A DNA stretch of 64,000 nt from the human T2T-CHM13v2.0 reference genome, Homo sapiens, in NCBI RefSeq assembly GCF_009914755.1, contig NC_060947.1. One strand, given 5' to 3'. Under the pieces are notes generated by a model that did no database searches, was not told the DNA's origin, and saw nothing but the letters and a program-made list of their open reading frames with translations. Positions 20,802 to 34,232 of this stretch are shown here, one piece after another. A program made the position numbers and the translations under genes. Numbering within the stretch: position 1 is the first letter of the stretch; every line of letters starts with the position of its first letter.

Positions 20802-21686
20802 CCCTAGGTGTCTTACCCCTAGAGAACAGGTGCATACACTGGTCATTCTCTGATTTCTCTCAGTGCTTAATACACTTCTTGTGCCATAAGGTTCTAATGA
20901 TTTGTTAACTAAATTTCTTAAAACAAATTCTAAAAACTGAAAATGCACTCATACTTTATTTTTAATTTTTTCTTGAGATAAAATTTACATTACATAAAAT
21001 TCACAATTTTAACCATTTTAAAGTGTACAATTCAGTGGGATTTAGTATATTTACAATACTGTAAAACTAACATCACTATTTAATCTATTTAATTCCAGAA
21101 GATTTCCTTCATCCTAAAAAGAAATTCTATACCTTCCAGTATCCCTTCCCCCCACCTCTTGGTAAGAACTACCTTGCTTTCTGTCTCTGTGGATTTGCCT
21201 CTTCTGTACGTTTCATATGAATGGAATGATACATTGATACATTATGTGGCCTTCCTTTTGTGGCTTCTTTCACTTAGCAAAATGTTTTCAAGGTTCATCT
21301 ATAAAACTTTATTCCTTTTTATGGCTAAATAATATTCCATTGCATAAATATACCACATTTTATTTATCCATTCATCAGTTGGCAGGCATTTGGGTTGTTT
21401 TTACTTTTCGGCTATTATGAATATTGATATTCATACGAAGATTTGTGTACAAATTTTTATGAGAACATGGTTTTTAATTTTGGAGGAGTATATTCGCAGG
21501 AGTGGAACTACTAGGTCCTATAGTAACTATATATTTAACTTTGAGGAACTGCAAAACTATTTTCAATAGCAGCTGCACCATTTTACATTCCCACTAGCAA
21601 TGTACAGGAACTAAAATTGTTTATACCCTTGCCAACTCTTGTTATTTTTCATTTTAAAAAAATTATACCCATTCTAGTGAGCATGA

Positions 21687-21950
<264 letters not shown>

Positions 21951-22466
21951 TAACTGTTACTCGTCTATCGTTGAGTTGTAGGAGGTCTTTATATATTCGG
22001 AATACTAGACGTTTAGCAGACATATGATTTGCAAATATTCTCTCCCATTGTGTGGGCTGTCTTTTCACTCAATTAATAGTTTCTTTTGATACACAACTTT
22101 TAAATTTTTGATGAAATAAAAATTATCCATTTTTTTATTTTGATATATATGGTTTTGGTGTCATATTTAGGTAACCACTGCTTAGTCCAAGTTCACAAAG
22201 ATATACATCTATGTTTCCTTCTCAGAATTTGGTAGTTTTAGTGCTACATTTAGGTCCCTGATTCTTTTTGGGTTAATTTTTGTATATGGTGTAATATAGG
22301 GGTTCAGCTTCATTATTTTGCACCTGGATATCCAGTTGTCCTAGCACCATTTGTTGAAAAAACTATTCTTTCCCTATTAAATGGTCTTGACACCATTGCA
22401 GAAATAAGTTGACTGTAGATGGACGGACTCATTTCTGGATTCTCACTTCTATTGCATTGAGATTAC

Positions 22467-22496
22467 ATAGATAGATAGGTAGATAGACAGACAGAT

Positions 22497-22543
<47 letters not shown>

Positions 22544-22581
22544 GATAGATAGATAGATAAATAGACAGGTAGACATAGAGA
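22467..22581 (+). repeat. Compound (GATA)n tetranucleotide microsatellite
   Basis: (GATA)11 at 22497-22540, then GAT and (GATA)4, flanked by GACA/GGTA variants. Confidence 0.97.
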
Positions 22582-23689
22582 TATCTTATGCCAATACCAC
22601 ACTGTTTGAATACCATTGTTTTGAAATTGAAAAGTGTGAATGCTCTGACTTTGTCCTTCTTTTTAAAGAGTTTTGGCCATTTTTGGTCCCTTGCAATTCC
22701 AAATGAGTTTTAATATCAGCTTGTCATATAAGATCATGTCATCTGCAAATAGGGATAGTTTTATTTCTTCCTTTCCTGTGTGGATGCATTTTGTTTCTTT
22801 TTTCTTTTCTTTTTCCCCCTAATTCCCTGGGTAAAATTTCAAATGCAAAGTTGAAAGGAAGTGACAACAATGGACATCCTTGCCTTTTTCCTGATTTTAG
22901 AAGAAAAGCTTTCAGACTTTCAACATTAAGTATGATGTTAGGTGTGGGTTTCTTATAGAAACCCTTTATTAAATTGAGAATGTCTTCCTTATTCCCAGTT
23001 TGCTAAGTGTTTTTATCATGAAAGCATATTGGATTTTGTCAAATGCTTTCTCTTTGTCTATTGAAGTGATCACATGTATTGTTTCTTTCATTTTATTAAT
23101 ATGGTGTATTACATTGATTAATTTTTAAATGTTGAACTACCCTTGCATTCCTGGGATAAATTTCACTTGGTAATGGCGTATAATCCTTCCAATGTTCTGC
23201 TGTAGTCGGTTTATTAGTACTTTGTTGAAGATTTTTGCATGTATATACATTAGGGATATTAGGCTGTAGTGTTTTTCTTAAAAAAAAGCTACATGTTTTC
23301 GGCATTGTATTGAAGTAGTATTAGCCTCATGATATGAGTTAAAAATCATTCCTTCCTCTTCGTTTTTTTTTTTTTTTTTTTTGGAAGAGTGAGAAGGATT
23401 AGTCTTAACCCTCCTTTTAATATTTGGTAAAATTCACCAGTGAAGCCATTTTGCTCCTGAACTTTTCTTTTGGGAAGTTTTACGATTATTAATCCAACTT
23501 CCTTATTTGTTATATGTCTATTCAGATTTTCTATTTCTTCTGAGTCAGTTTCAGTAGTTTGTGCCTTTCTAGGAATTTGTCTGTATTATCTAAGTTATGT
23601 AACTTTTTGCCATACAGTTGTTCATAGCATCCTCTTATAATTATTTTCACCTCTGTAAGGTCAGTAAAAATGTCCTTAATTTCATTCCT

Positions 23690-25420
23690 GACTTCTTGCT
23701 ACTTTCAAAATTATCTTTGTCTTTTTCTTTCAATAGTTTGATTATGATTTGTCTAGGGGTAAATCTCTTTGAGTTTATCCTGTTGGGTTTTGTTAAATTT
23801 CTTGGGTGTGTAGATTAATGTGTTTCAACAAATTTGGGGAGTTTTGAGCCATTATTTATTTAAATATTCTTCTGCCTTTTTTCTCTTCCCTCTCCTTCTA
23901 GGACTCCTCTTATGTGTATGTTGGTATATATGATGATGTCTCACAGATCTCTCATGCTGTATTCATTTTTTTCTTTATTCTCTTTCTGCTCCTCAGATTG
24001 GATAATCTTAATTGATTTATCTTCAAATTAACTGATATTTTCTTCTGCCTGCCCAATCTTCAGTTGATGAATTTTTCATTTTAGTTATTGTACATTTCAA
24101 CTCTTAAATTTCTATTTGGTATCTTTTAATAATTTCTATCCCCTTATTTCTAGTCTCTATTTTATGAGATGTTTTCGTGCTTTTCTTTTTCTAAGCAGGA
24201 TTTCCTGTAGCTCTTTGAACATATTTAAAATAGCTACTTTAAAGTCTTTGTCTTACAAGTCTAATGTCTGGGCTTTCTTAGGAGCCAGTTATATTAATTG
24301 CTATTTTTTCTGTGTATGGGCCATATTTTCCTGTTTCTTTTCGTGCCCCCAAATTTTTGTTGCAAATTTGACAAGTTGGATATTACAGCATGGAAACTCT
24401 GGAAATCAGATTCTTCCCCTCTTCGGAGTTTGCTTTTTCTGCTTGTTGTAGTTGTTGTTTATATTTTAGTGATTTTTTAAAACTAGTTTTAAAAAATTAA
24501 GCTAATTTACAAAACTAGTTTTAAAAAATCACTAAAATTAATTCTGTATTATTTGTCATGTGTGCCCCCTGAAGTCTCTGTTCCATTAGCTTAGTCATCA
24601 GCTAAAGATTTAACAAAGATTTCTATAAATATCCTGAACAAAAAAATTTCCCAATCTTTGCAGAAGTGTCTGTTTTGATGCATGACTTCAATATTCAGCC
24701 TGGCAATTTACAACTCAGCTATAGCTTTCACTTTCTGATTGCACAGAGCCTGAGGATCAGCCAGAGGTGAGAGCTTATGGCTTTTTCAAGTCTTTCCTGA
24801 GCATGCAGACAGCCCTGTGCATGTCCATGGCCTTCTAGATTTTTGGAATATGTTGGAGCTTTTCAAAACTTTTGTTCCCCGAAATATCTCATTCCCAGCC
24901 TTTCTGATCAATCATTTTGCTTAGTATATTGTTTTCCCTGTTTTCCATTGCCTCATGTGACAGGGGAAAAAATATTTGCCTGTAAATGTTTTTGAGCAAC
25001 GGTTTCCAAGTAGTGGCTTTAGTCCTGGGTGACTTCTGACTTAGGTAAGATAAAACAAATCTTTTGAGCCAACCTTCCAAGGAACCACCAGGCAGACCAA
25101 GGACGATCTTTGCAAAAGAGGTCTATTCTGCTTCTTCAGTGCTGGAACTGGCAATGCAGGCTTCTATTGTCAAGGCTACTGCTGAGCTGAGGAAAAAAGG
25201 ATAGAACTAGTGTAAGTTAAAACACCACAAAGCTCACTATAATTATAAAGATTCAGCAGTTTTTCTTGAATAAATGCTCCGTGGGTTGTTGCAAGCTTTT
25301 GTTAGTTTTCAGCATTCCAAAAATATTGATTCTGACAGGTTTTTTTCCCCATTTTTTAGTTGATTTTAATGAGGGATAGACTTTTAGAGTTGCTTACCCT
25401 GCCTCTTGTGCTGACGTCAT
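23690..25420 (-). mobile_element. Ancient L1M (L1MD-like) ORF1/5' region
   Basis: 'agtttgattatgatttgtctaggggtaaatctctttgagtttatcc' is ORF1 antisense. An L1M-type 5' region ends at ctgacgtca. Confidence 0.65.
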
Positions 25421-26254
25421 TCCTCTGCACACATACTTTTAATCAGAATGAGTCAGGTACATAAAGGAGCAAATGCATTATAGGTCAACAGGTTGCTTTC
25501 CAAATTGTCTCTTCAAATTCTCTTTCTTTATGAGAAAATATTTTGCTGAGACTTGCTTCTTAAGAAAATGACCTGTGATTTATATCGTGATTCAAATTTT
25601 ATGTTGCAAATCTTCATATGAGCAAACGCATCTCTGAAGAGATCCAGTGAGAGAGTTGCTCAATCATCAAGATGAAACGAGAGCGCCAGGCCAGGATGAA
25701 AATAAACTAGTGATGAACAAGAAGAAAGATAGATGGTGAGTGCTTATCCAAGTTACAGGTTTGAGCAATGTAATGGGTAGCGACAGCCCAGGTAAATCAA
25801 ACTTGGGCAACCTTATCTAACAGTTTTTGCCACCTCAATATGGACATAGATCAATAAATTCAAATTAAGAACCTATGTTTACCTCATGGAAAAGTGAAAT
25901 CATTTCTATGTTACTCCAAAATACAGAAGATCAAAACAAAAATCAGATGCTTCCTTCCTACAGAGCTAGACAGCGTAGACTGTAGTAGGACCACATTGTG
26001 TTTGGGTATGCAATAAGAAATCTATTTAATGATTTTACTGACTCTTATTCTCAAATTAATGCCCTGTTTATTACTGGTAATCTACTTAGGAGGCCATAGC
26101 ATATTTAAACAGTGTTTCTTGAGCAAAGAAAAAAAAATACATTGTGATATATTCAATACCTTTCATGTACTAACAGATCATAAGATGCAAGTTAAATAAA
26201 CTAACCATTAAGAGGACACAGAAAAGTCAATCAAATAATTTGCTCATTAGATGA

Positions 26255-26635
<381 letters not shown>

Positions 26636-26699
26636 TAGTTGCAAGAAGTCTTTGCAATAACCAAGGCCAATGTTTTCACTTAAAAATTATTTATTAATA

Positions 26700-27345
26700 T
26701 TATTATCAATTATTCTAAACATAAAATATGAAAAGAAAATAATATAATAAACTTCATACATCACCATCCAGCTTTACAAAATATGAACATCGAATACATA
26801 TTTAATTACATCTAATGATTTTCATGGGTAGTACTTTCATTGTTATTTATTTCTAGATATTATATAATTCTCAAAATGATCCATAAATCATTCAGATGTA
26901 CATGTGAAGTTTTCAAATGTGTATATTGTTTATATATGTATCTGTTTGTATTTACTCTCTTTTTATTGTTAATTAGTAAATTGTAATAAGCAAAAATTAT
27001 CTATATGATATTGGCTCTTTGAAATCTGAAACTACTTTGTAACCTAGTATGAGGTAAATCTTCATAAATGCTTTATGTGAACTTGAAAAGAAAGTATATT
27101 CTCTACCTATTCTGTATATACCCATTAGATATAGATTATTAGTTTTTCTGCTCAAACTTTAAAAATTCTTACTAACATTTGTGTCTCCTTGTCTAATAGA
27201 GGTATATTAAAGTTCCCCCATGATTGTAGATTTCTCAACTTCTCTTATAATCCTGGCTTTAAAAATGTTATATATTTTAAGGATATGGTATCAGGTGGCT
27301 ACAAGTTCTCAACTGTTATATTTTTGTTTCTTTTAATGTGTGTCA
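26700..27345 (-). mobile_element. Highly diverged L1ME-like fragments
   Basis: 'gtgaacttgaaaagaaagtatattctct', 'gaggtatattaaagttccccca' and 'ttcttactaacatttgtgtc' resemble L1 endonuclease-region antisense. Confidence 0.5.
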
Positions 27346-27359
27346 ATGTGATGTGTAGT

Positions 27360-27733
27360 ACGTTGGTCACGATAGACTATGTACTTCTATAGTGACAAAT
27401 AATCCCAAAATCAATAATGTAAAACAGTTTTAAAAAGTATTTTGCTCACACTACACTGCATGTTCAACATGAGTTGACCCCATTGAGGTTTTATCTCGAT
27501 ATCTCACCTGTTTCCATGATCACCACAGCAGTGAAGAGAATATGGCAACTTATGCAATGCCTCTTAAAGCTTCCACCTGGACATAACACACATCCCTTCT
27601 ACTTACATTTCATTTATCAAGGCAAATCACATGGCCACATCTATTGTTAAGAGGGTAGGGAAATGCAATTTTACCACGTGCTTGAAAGGGGAGAGAACTA
27701 AAATGATTTGGTAAACTGTATTAATGACTGCAA
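27360..27733 (-). mobile_element. MLT1J/K-like MaLR LTR
   Basis: 'cttaaagcttccacctggac...cacatcccttctacttacatttcatt...gcaaatcacatggccacatct...gggaaatgcaatt'. Confidence 0.65.
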
Positions 27734-29215
27734 TATGTAATGCCCCCACTTAATTCCTACAGAAACCAAAAGCAGTAGCTGATGAATAGGCAAAAATAAA
27801 AAGGATAAAAAGGCATAATGTGGCCCCTTTTCCATTACGTGTTTCTGAGCCTGAGGGAGGCCTGAGCTGTGGGAATGGGAAAATGCTTTGAATTCATTAG
27901 AGAGTGACGTTTTCACTCAAATTGACTTTTTAATACCTAGAAATCTGACTTTCCCCATGTCAGAGAAAAAAATTTAAAAATTATTGGATCTGTGCTAGAA
28001 ATGTCATCTAGTTAGGAGAGAAGAGCTAGAATAGTTCTGAACATCAATGGTAGAGAATAGATTTGCTCCCCATTAACACATCCAGTCAGATGTGTTAACA
28101 CATTTCTGACTATGCGTCTGACTAATTAAGTCAGTTTTTCATTATTTCTATTCTGCCCCAGTCTAGAATTTAAGCACTGTTTATTGAACACCATCCCAAT
28201 CTGATTACCGCATTGAATTTTGGCTTTCCCCTAACAAACAAACAAAAAAATTAGGATGCAAGCAGAAAACAACTTCATTTATTTCACTGTCTCTTTTAAT
28301 TTGTTGAATAATTCTTTCCTTATCTCTGAATGAAATCCTAGATTGGTCTCTAGATTTTATAATTAGTATTATATAACAAAAAGCCCTCTTGTCATATTCA
28401 GTCACAAGAATACATTCAATTTAGTACTTCAAAACACCTAATCAGTATGTTAATCAAAACTCCCGTCTGGTCTAGTGTTATAAACCACTCCAGCTCATAC
28501 CCACTTGATTTGTGGATGTCCCTAGTGTGGGAGAGGGCATGGTCGCCTGCTCCTATCTTCCTTGTTCTTCTCTTCCCATTCATTAATTTTCTGGTTCCTA
28601 AGGATGAGAGCGATTAGGCGAAAGGGCAGAATATTAAGTTTTTGGTACAGGTGTCCTCCGACATTGATCATCCCTAGATGTGGCATATGTATAATTGCTA
28701 GCCCTCTCCCTCCTAGAAATCATGTGCGTTTTTCAGAGACTGTACCACTAGGACTACTGACCGCAGCTCCTTTGGCAGAAGTTTCAACCGCAAATGGTTA
28801 GCACCTACAAAAGGTTTTCATGAGTAATTGTTGTAATTGAACAAATATTGCTTGTAATTAGTACTGTTCTCTGAATGAATAAAATAAATCAAGTAAATTG
28901 GTGGTACTCTTGACATCTCATAGTTACCTACCATTTACTTGACATTTGTTTTTTTAATCATACATTTCAGTTCAGCAGCTCATATTATGAAAAATAAACC
29001 CACACACCATAGCTGGAAATAACCAAACTTCATCATTTTCAATATTTTGTTATACAGCTATTTGGGATTCCAACTCTATTCAGATGTTCTTGACAAAATC
29101 AGCTGTATGTTCAGTGCCCTGGGTCATATTTGTAACTCTAAGAAAACCCCTGAAGTGATGAACACACAATTATAAAAAAGAAGACCCCTAGTTTTTAAAC
29201 CAGATAAAACCACAT

Positions 29216-29553
29216 AGGGCTTCGCAAACTACAGCCCACAGGCCAAATCCAGCCCACAGCCTGTTTCCACATAGCCTATAAGCTAAGGATTTTTTTAAAG
29301 ATATGTGTTAGATAGTTAGAAAAAAAACAGAAGAAGAATATTTTACGACATGTGAAAATCATATGTAACTCAAATTTCAGTGTCCATAGATAAAGTGTTA
29401 CTGGGACACAGTCACCCTCATTCATTTATGATTGTCTATAGCTGCTTTTGTGCTACAAAAACAGAGCTGAGTTGTGTGGCAGAGACTATATGACCCTCAA
29501 AACCTAAATTGTTTACTGTCTGGCCCTTTGTAGAAAAAGCTTGTTGATCCTTG
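29216..29553. mobile_element. MER58B hAT-Charlie MITE
   Basis: About 340 bp: 'gcaaactacagcccacaggccaaatccagccc...ctggccctttgtagaaaaagcttgttgatccttg'. Confidence 0.85.
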
Positions 29554-29729
29554 ATTGTCGATTGTCGGTTTGTTCAATTCAGAGTAAATATTGTTCAATT
29601 AATGCATCAATTTTAAACTATCTGCACAGCAAACTGAGGTAACTCCATAAATATCAAATTATTTCTGCCTGATTAGTTGTCCTGACGGTGATACCACCCC
29701 CAAATGTTTCTTGTTCAGCAAACCCTATT

Positions 29730-30244
29730 AGTCGCCCACCCAGATCCCTCAGACCTTACTATTTCAGTGTCCTCTGTTCAACGTTCAATGGCTGGTATCT
29801 GCATCTCTGTATCCAAAGGCTTTGTGTCAGAACTGGGAAAGGCTGCTCTGCTTACTCATGTGTAGCAGGCTGAAAATGCCAGGCGATTAACACCTCCCCT
29901 GCCCCAGCAGCCCTTAACAAACGACTTACAGGATTTGCTGTATAAATACCCCAGTTCTATTGACTATGGAGTGGGCTAATTCTGAGCTGTGGTATTTTTC
30001 TTTTTCTTTTTCTTTTTCTTTTTTTTTTTTTTTTTACGCCATTTCTCAAGAGTTTCTGTCTGAGATTAAGCACCAGTTGCCCATTATAGCAACTAGCTTA
30101 ATACTACACTTTTCTTTTCTGGCTGCCTTTTCTTCCCAGTATTAGTTCTCCATTTCCCTGCCTGCACCTCTATCCACCCCTGAATAAACTACTTGCACTG
30201 AAATCCTTGTCTCAGGATCTGCTTTGAGAATCCAAACTAAGACA
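29730..30244 (+). mobile_element. LTR16C-like ERVL LTR
   Basis: TATA 'gtataaataccccag' and 3' end 'aataaactacttgcac...tccttgtctcaggatctgcttt...ccaaactaagaca'. Confidence 0.75.
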
Positions 30245-30756
30245 TCACACAATTAGACAACATTTAGCTTCTAATATTGGCTTCCTAGACAACCTCAAAA
30301 TATCCTCGTTCTCAGACAGCAAGGCACCTCAGTTTTCAATATTATTCTTACAATTCTGAGCTTTTAGCACCACTTAACAATGGAGGTTGAGTGAATGTGA
30401 GAGGTAGAGACCATGACATGAATCAAAGAAAGGCTTGAAACACAACATTAGGGGAACTAATGTCTTCCACATATCTGCACTCTTTAGCTAGATGTCCTAA
30501 ACACTCCTCAAATTCTACCAAACTTTCCCAATATATTTCTAAGCCTCTATGAAGTCACCATTTTTCACATTAGGATGCTGAGATTGAGGAAGGTTAACCC
30601 AAATTACCAGCATGTTGTACATTTTCATCAAAGACAGACCAGAGGAAAGGGGCTGAAAAAATAGTTATGGTTTACATTTGATACTAAAGAATTTTGAACT
30701 GTATAAATGTAAGTTGCTAAATTGGCTGCCAGAAAATGAAACAAGTTAGGGAAATC

Positions 30757-30935
30757 AGCATAGTGTGGAGTTACACAGACTCAAATTTAAAATTTGAGGT
30801 TCTCCACTTAAAAGCTGTATGATTTTAGGTTAAGTGGCTTAACCTTTCAAAGACTCAATTGTGCATCAATGAAACAAGAGGTAGTGATTGAAAAATTAAA
30901 TGAAATAATGTGCACTCAATAAATAGTAGCTTTTA
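30757..30935 (+). mobile_element. MIR SINE
   Basis: Core-like 'ctccacttaaaagctgtatgattttaggttaagtggcttaacctt' and tail 'gcactcaataaatagtagc'. Confidence 0.65.
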
Positions 30936-30944
30936 TCATTTTTT

Positions 30945-31040
30945 AATTTCCATTTTTTAATTTTTAATTTTTATCGATACATAATAGTCATACAAATTTA
31001 TGGAGTATATGTGATATTTTGATATAAGCATATAATGCGA
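30945..31040 (-). mobile_element. Short, severely 5'-truncated L1MA 3' end
   Basis: 'gatacataatagtcatacaaatttatggagtatatgtgatattttgata', flanked by TSD-like TTTTATCATTTTT on both sides. Confidence 0.7.
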
Positions 31041-31919
31041 CTTTTTATCATTTTTATTTTCCTAGGAGTCTAAGTAAGATATTGCTTTGGATGAAGATTC
31101 TGGCATTTCCCACAGTTATTCCACTCCAATATGGAAAAGGAGCTGATCTTCTATTGGCACAAATGCTAGCTCATATTCAGGATAAAAAGTTCAACCTTTT
31201 TGTCCTGTCCCACAGTTTACAAATCTGCACTTAAACAGCAGAATGCCATTATTTGGTCACTCATTAGAGAATATAATTTAAACTCCCTGCTATTCATCAT
31301 TTGTTGAAAGCACAGCAAAAATAAATAATGTAAAAGGAAGGTAATCATATTTCTACCTTTGGAACTGGGAAAAACTTGAATTCCTCTAGGTGATGTCAAT
31401 ACTCCTTTCTGGTAAGAAGAGCCATGTACTTTCTCACATTTTCCTCTTTGCTTTGACCTTAGACTTCTAGGGATTTAGACTCACATTTTCATAAACATAT
31501 TTATGTATTTATAATGAAATGTTCTATGTATTCTTTTTTTATATATAATTATTTTTTCCTCAAATCAAGTTTTTATACTTTTTGTTTTGTCCTTGTTATT
31601 TCTGTAATTTTTTTAAAAGCTATTCATTTTTGTTGTTTATTTGTTCATTTGGGTTTTTGTGAAAATGCGGTTAAGAAATAAAGTCAATAACTTAAAAAAT
31701 GGAAATTAGCCCAGTATATATGTTTTTAGGGTATATTAAATGCAGTGAAGCTTGGCATTGGAGGCAAAGATTTTTGCAGGCTCATTTGAACCATGACTCT
31801 ATTGAGCTAGAGTCTTCTTTCCTCATAATTATGGTTCCTTCTGGTGTATCATTTATTCTCCTAAATATGTCATTTGATATTTTTTATCATGAACAAAATG
31901 AAAAACGTGATGCCATTCT

Positions 31920-33610
31920 TATTTCTTTGTTCATTCCCTCAACAGATATTTATTGAGACTATCCAGAGCTGAAGATACAGCAGTCATCAAAGCATAGAAA
32001 TTCTTCACTCTCAAGGACCTTACATTCTAGTAAGAGAAGAAGAAAATAAATAAACTCTGTTCTCTCTGTTCTGTCATCTATAAAGAGCCACAGTATGCTG
32101 ATGATTTGGTTTAACCTTACTTGACCTCAGTTTCTTCATGTGACAGGTAGTGATCAAATAAAGGCATAGAGATATGTTGGGAAGTTTTGAGTTTTTAAGT
32201 GCTATGTAGGAAATGAAGGCAGGGTAAAAGTATAGTAAGTAATGAAGGAGGCTATTATTTATGACAGAGTGGTCAAAGATGTCTTTGAGAAGGTGGCATA
32301 TAAGCAAAGACCTGAGTTGAAGTGAAGGAGCATGCCATTCAGTTATCTGGGGGAAGATTGTGCAGCAGAGAGGACTGCAGGAGCAAGGGCCTTGAAGTAG
32401 GAATACACCTGGCATGTTCAAGAAATAGCAAAGAGGTCAGTGTGGATGAAAGGCAACAGGCAAAGCTGTAGCATTCAGAGATGAGCTCAAAAAGATAGGC
32501 AAGGAACAAGATCACGTAAATCGAAAAAGCCTTTGGTTTTATTCTGATTAAGATGGGAAGCCATTGCCGGGAGGGGGGAATAAATTTAGGAATGACATTG
32601 TAGTTTTAAGATATTCTTTTGGCAACTATAGAGTTACAAGCATAGACACAGAGAGACCAGTTAGGAAGTTGTTGCCATAATCGGGGCAAGAGATTAGATT
32701 ATTGAGACTTGGACCGGGGATATGGTAAATCATCAGTGGTCAGAGTCTAAACATATTTTGAAGGTAAAGCCAACAAGAATTGCTTAACGGGTCGAATGTG
32801 GGAGAAAGAAAATGAAGAATTTTCTCACAGACTAGCTTCTGGTAATGAAGCCGAGCACCACTTCATGAGCTGGGCACCATAAGATAGGTTCATATCCTGA
32901 TATGAACTCTGGCTCTGCATCTTCATGTCAACATATCTGGTGAGTCAGCATAGTGGGCAGTAAATGTCTTTCTAGAAGCCATTTCTACAGCTAGCAGTAA
33001 CTTAGCTATATATGGAAGTGACTGTGAATGTAACCCAAACTAAATATATTCTCAACTCAATTTCCCTTTAGCTGGATCTCAAAATTGCCCATGGCCACTC
33101 CAGCATCACTCAACTCAAGGGAAAGTGTGATGGAGTGAAAGTTGAAGTAGAAAGAGCCAGCGGTTTTTAACTGTTTGCAGTTAAAATATCTAATTTTTGC
33201 AAATTTTACAAAGCTGAAGGGTTATAAGAACACGTTGCTAGGGCTTTCCCAAGAGCCTTAGAATGAGCTTTTTTAAGTGCAGGCCCCTGCATCTTAAAGC
33301 CAATTAGCTTCACAGTCTTTTCACTTCTGTATGTAGTTTTGGAGATAGGAGTAGGAATCAGTCTAGGAGGCTGAGTGAATGAACTGTCAATGCAGAAGGA
33401 GAACTAAGAGAGAAGAGTAACTTATAAGCCAAATAAAGATCTTAACGATGAGACCAGTCAGATGAGGACTAAGAACTGAGAAATGTATTTGGCAACATGA
33501 AGGTCATAGTGAACTTAAGGGAAGATGAATTATTGGAGAGCAAGAGTGAATTGAATGAATGTGTTCAGTCAAGAGAGACGGGGGGAAGGAGACAATGAGT
33601 AAGCACAATC
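31920..33610 (-). mobile_element. L2 LINE remnant, interrupted
   Basis: L2 3' end 'ttcattccctcaacagatatttattgag', then purine-rich L2 antisense ('ttgaaggtaaagccaacaagaattgct', 'atgaggactaagaactgag'). Confidence 0.75.
32830..33329 (-). mobile_element. hAT-Tip100-like DNA transposon remnant (MER115/Zaphod-like)
   Basis: Interrupts the L2. The right end 'aagtgcaggcccctg...attagcttcacag...cttctg' resembles the MER115 terminus. The left boundary is approximate. Confidence 0.45.
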
Positions 33611-33814
33611 CTCTTGACACTGTCTTTTCACTTACTTTACAGATCCAAATCTTTTGTGAGTTATATGAGTAGTTATTATATCAAGAATTCTTCCTGTAAA
33701 GAAATAATCCATCCTCCACTCAGTCCACCTCTTATATCACACTTCAGGTCCTACAAAATGTTCGGCATTTTCCCAACTACATCCACCTCCTTGGCACATT
33801 AAAATGAGTGTTGT

Positions 33815-34232
33815 ACCAAATGCCCATCAATGATAGACTGGATAAAGAAAATGTGGCACATATACACCATGGAATATTATGCAGCCATAAGAAAGAATGA
33901 GTTCATGTCCTTTGCAGGGACATGGATGAAGCTGGAAGCCATCATTCTCAGCAAACTAACACAGGAATAGAAAACCAAACACCGCATGTTCTCACTCAAA
34001 AGTGGGTGTTGAACAATGAGAACACAGGGAGCGGAACATCACACACCAGGGCCTGTAGGGGGTGGGGGGCAAGGAAAGGGAGAGCATTAGGACAAACACC
34101 TAATGCATGCGGGGCTTAAGACCTAGATGATGGGTTGATGGATGCAGCAAACCACCATGGCACATGTATACCTAAGTAACAAACCTGCACATTCTGCCCA
34201 TGTATCCCAGAACTTAAAATAAAAAAAAAATT
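33815..34232 (+). mobile_element. 5'-truncated L1PA7-like element
   Basis: 3' end 'gtatcccagaacttaaa' plus poly(A). TSD AAAATGAGTGTTGT (33801-33814) / AAAAAGAGTGTCAT (34233-34246) at a TT/AAAA site. Confidence 0.92.
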
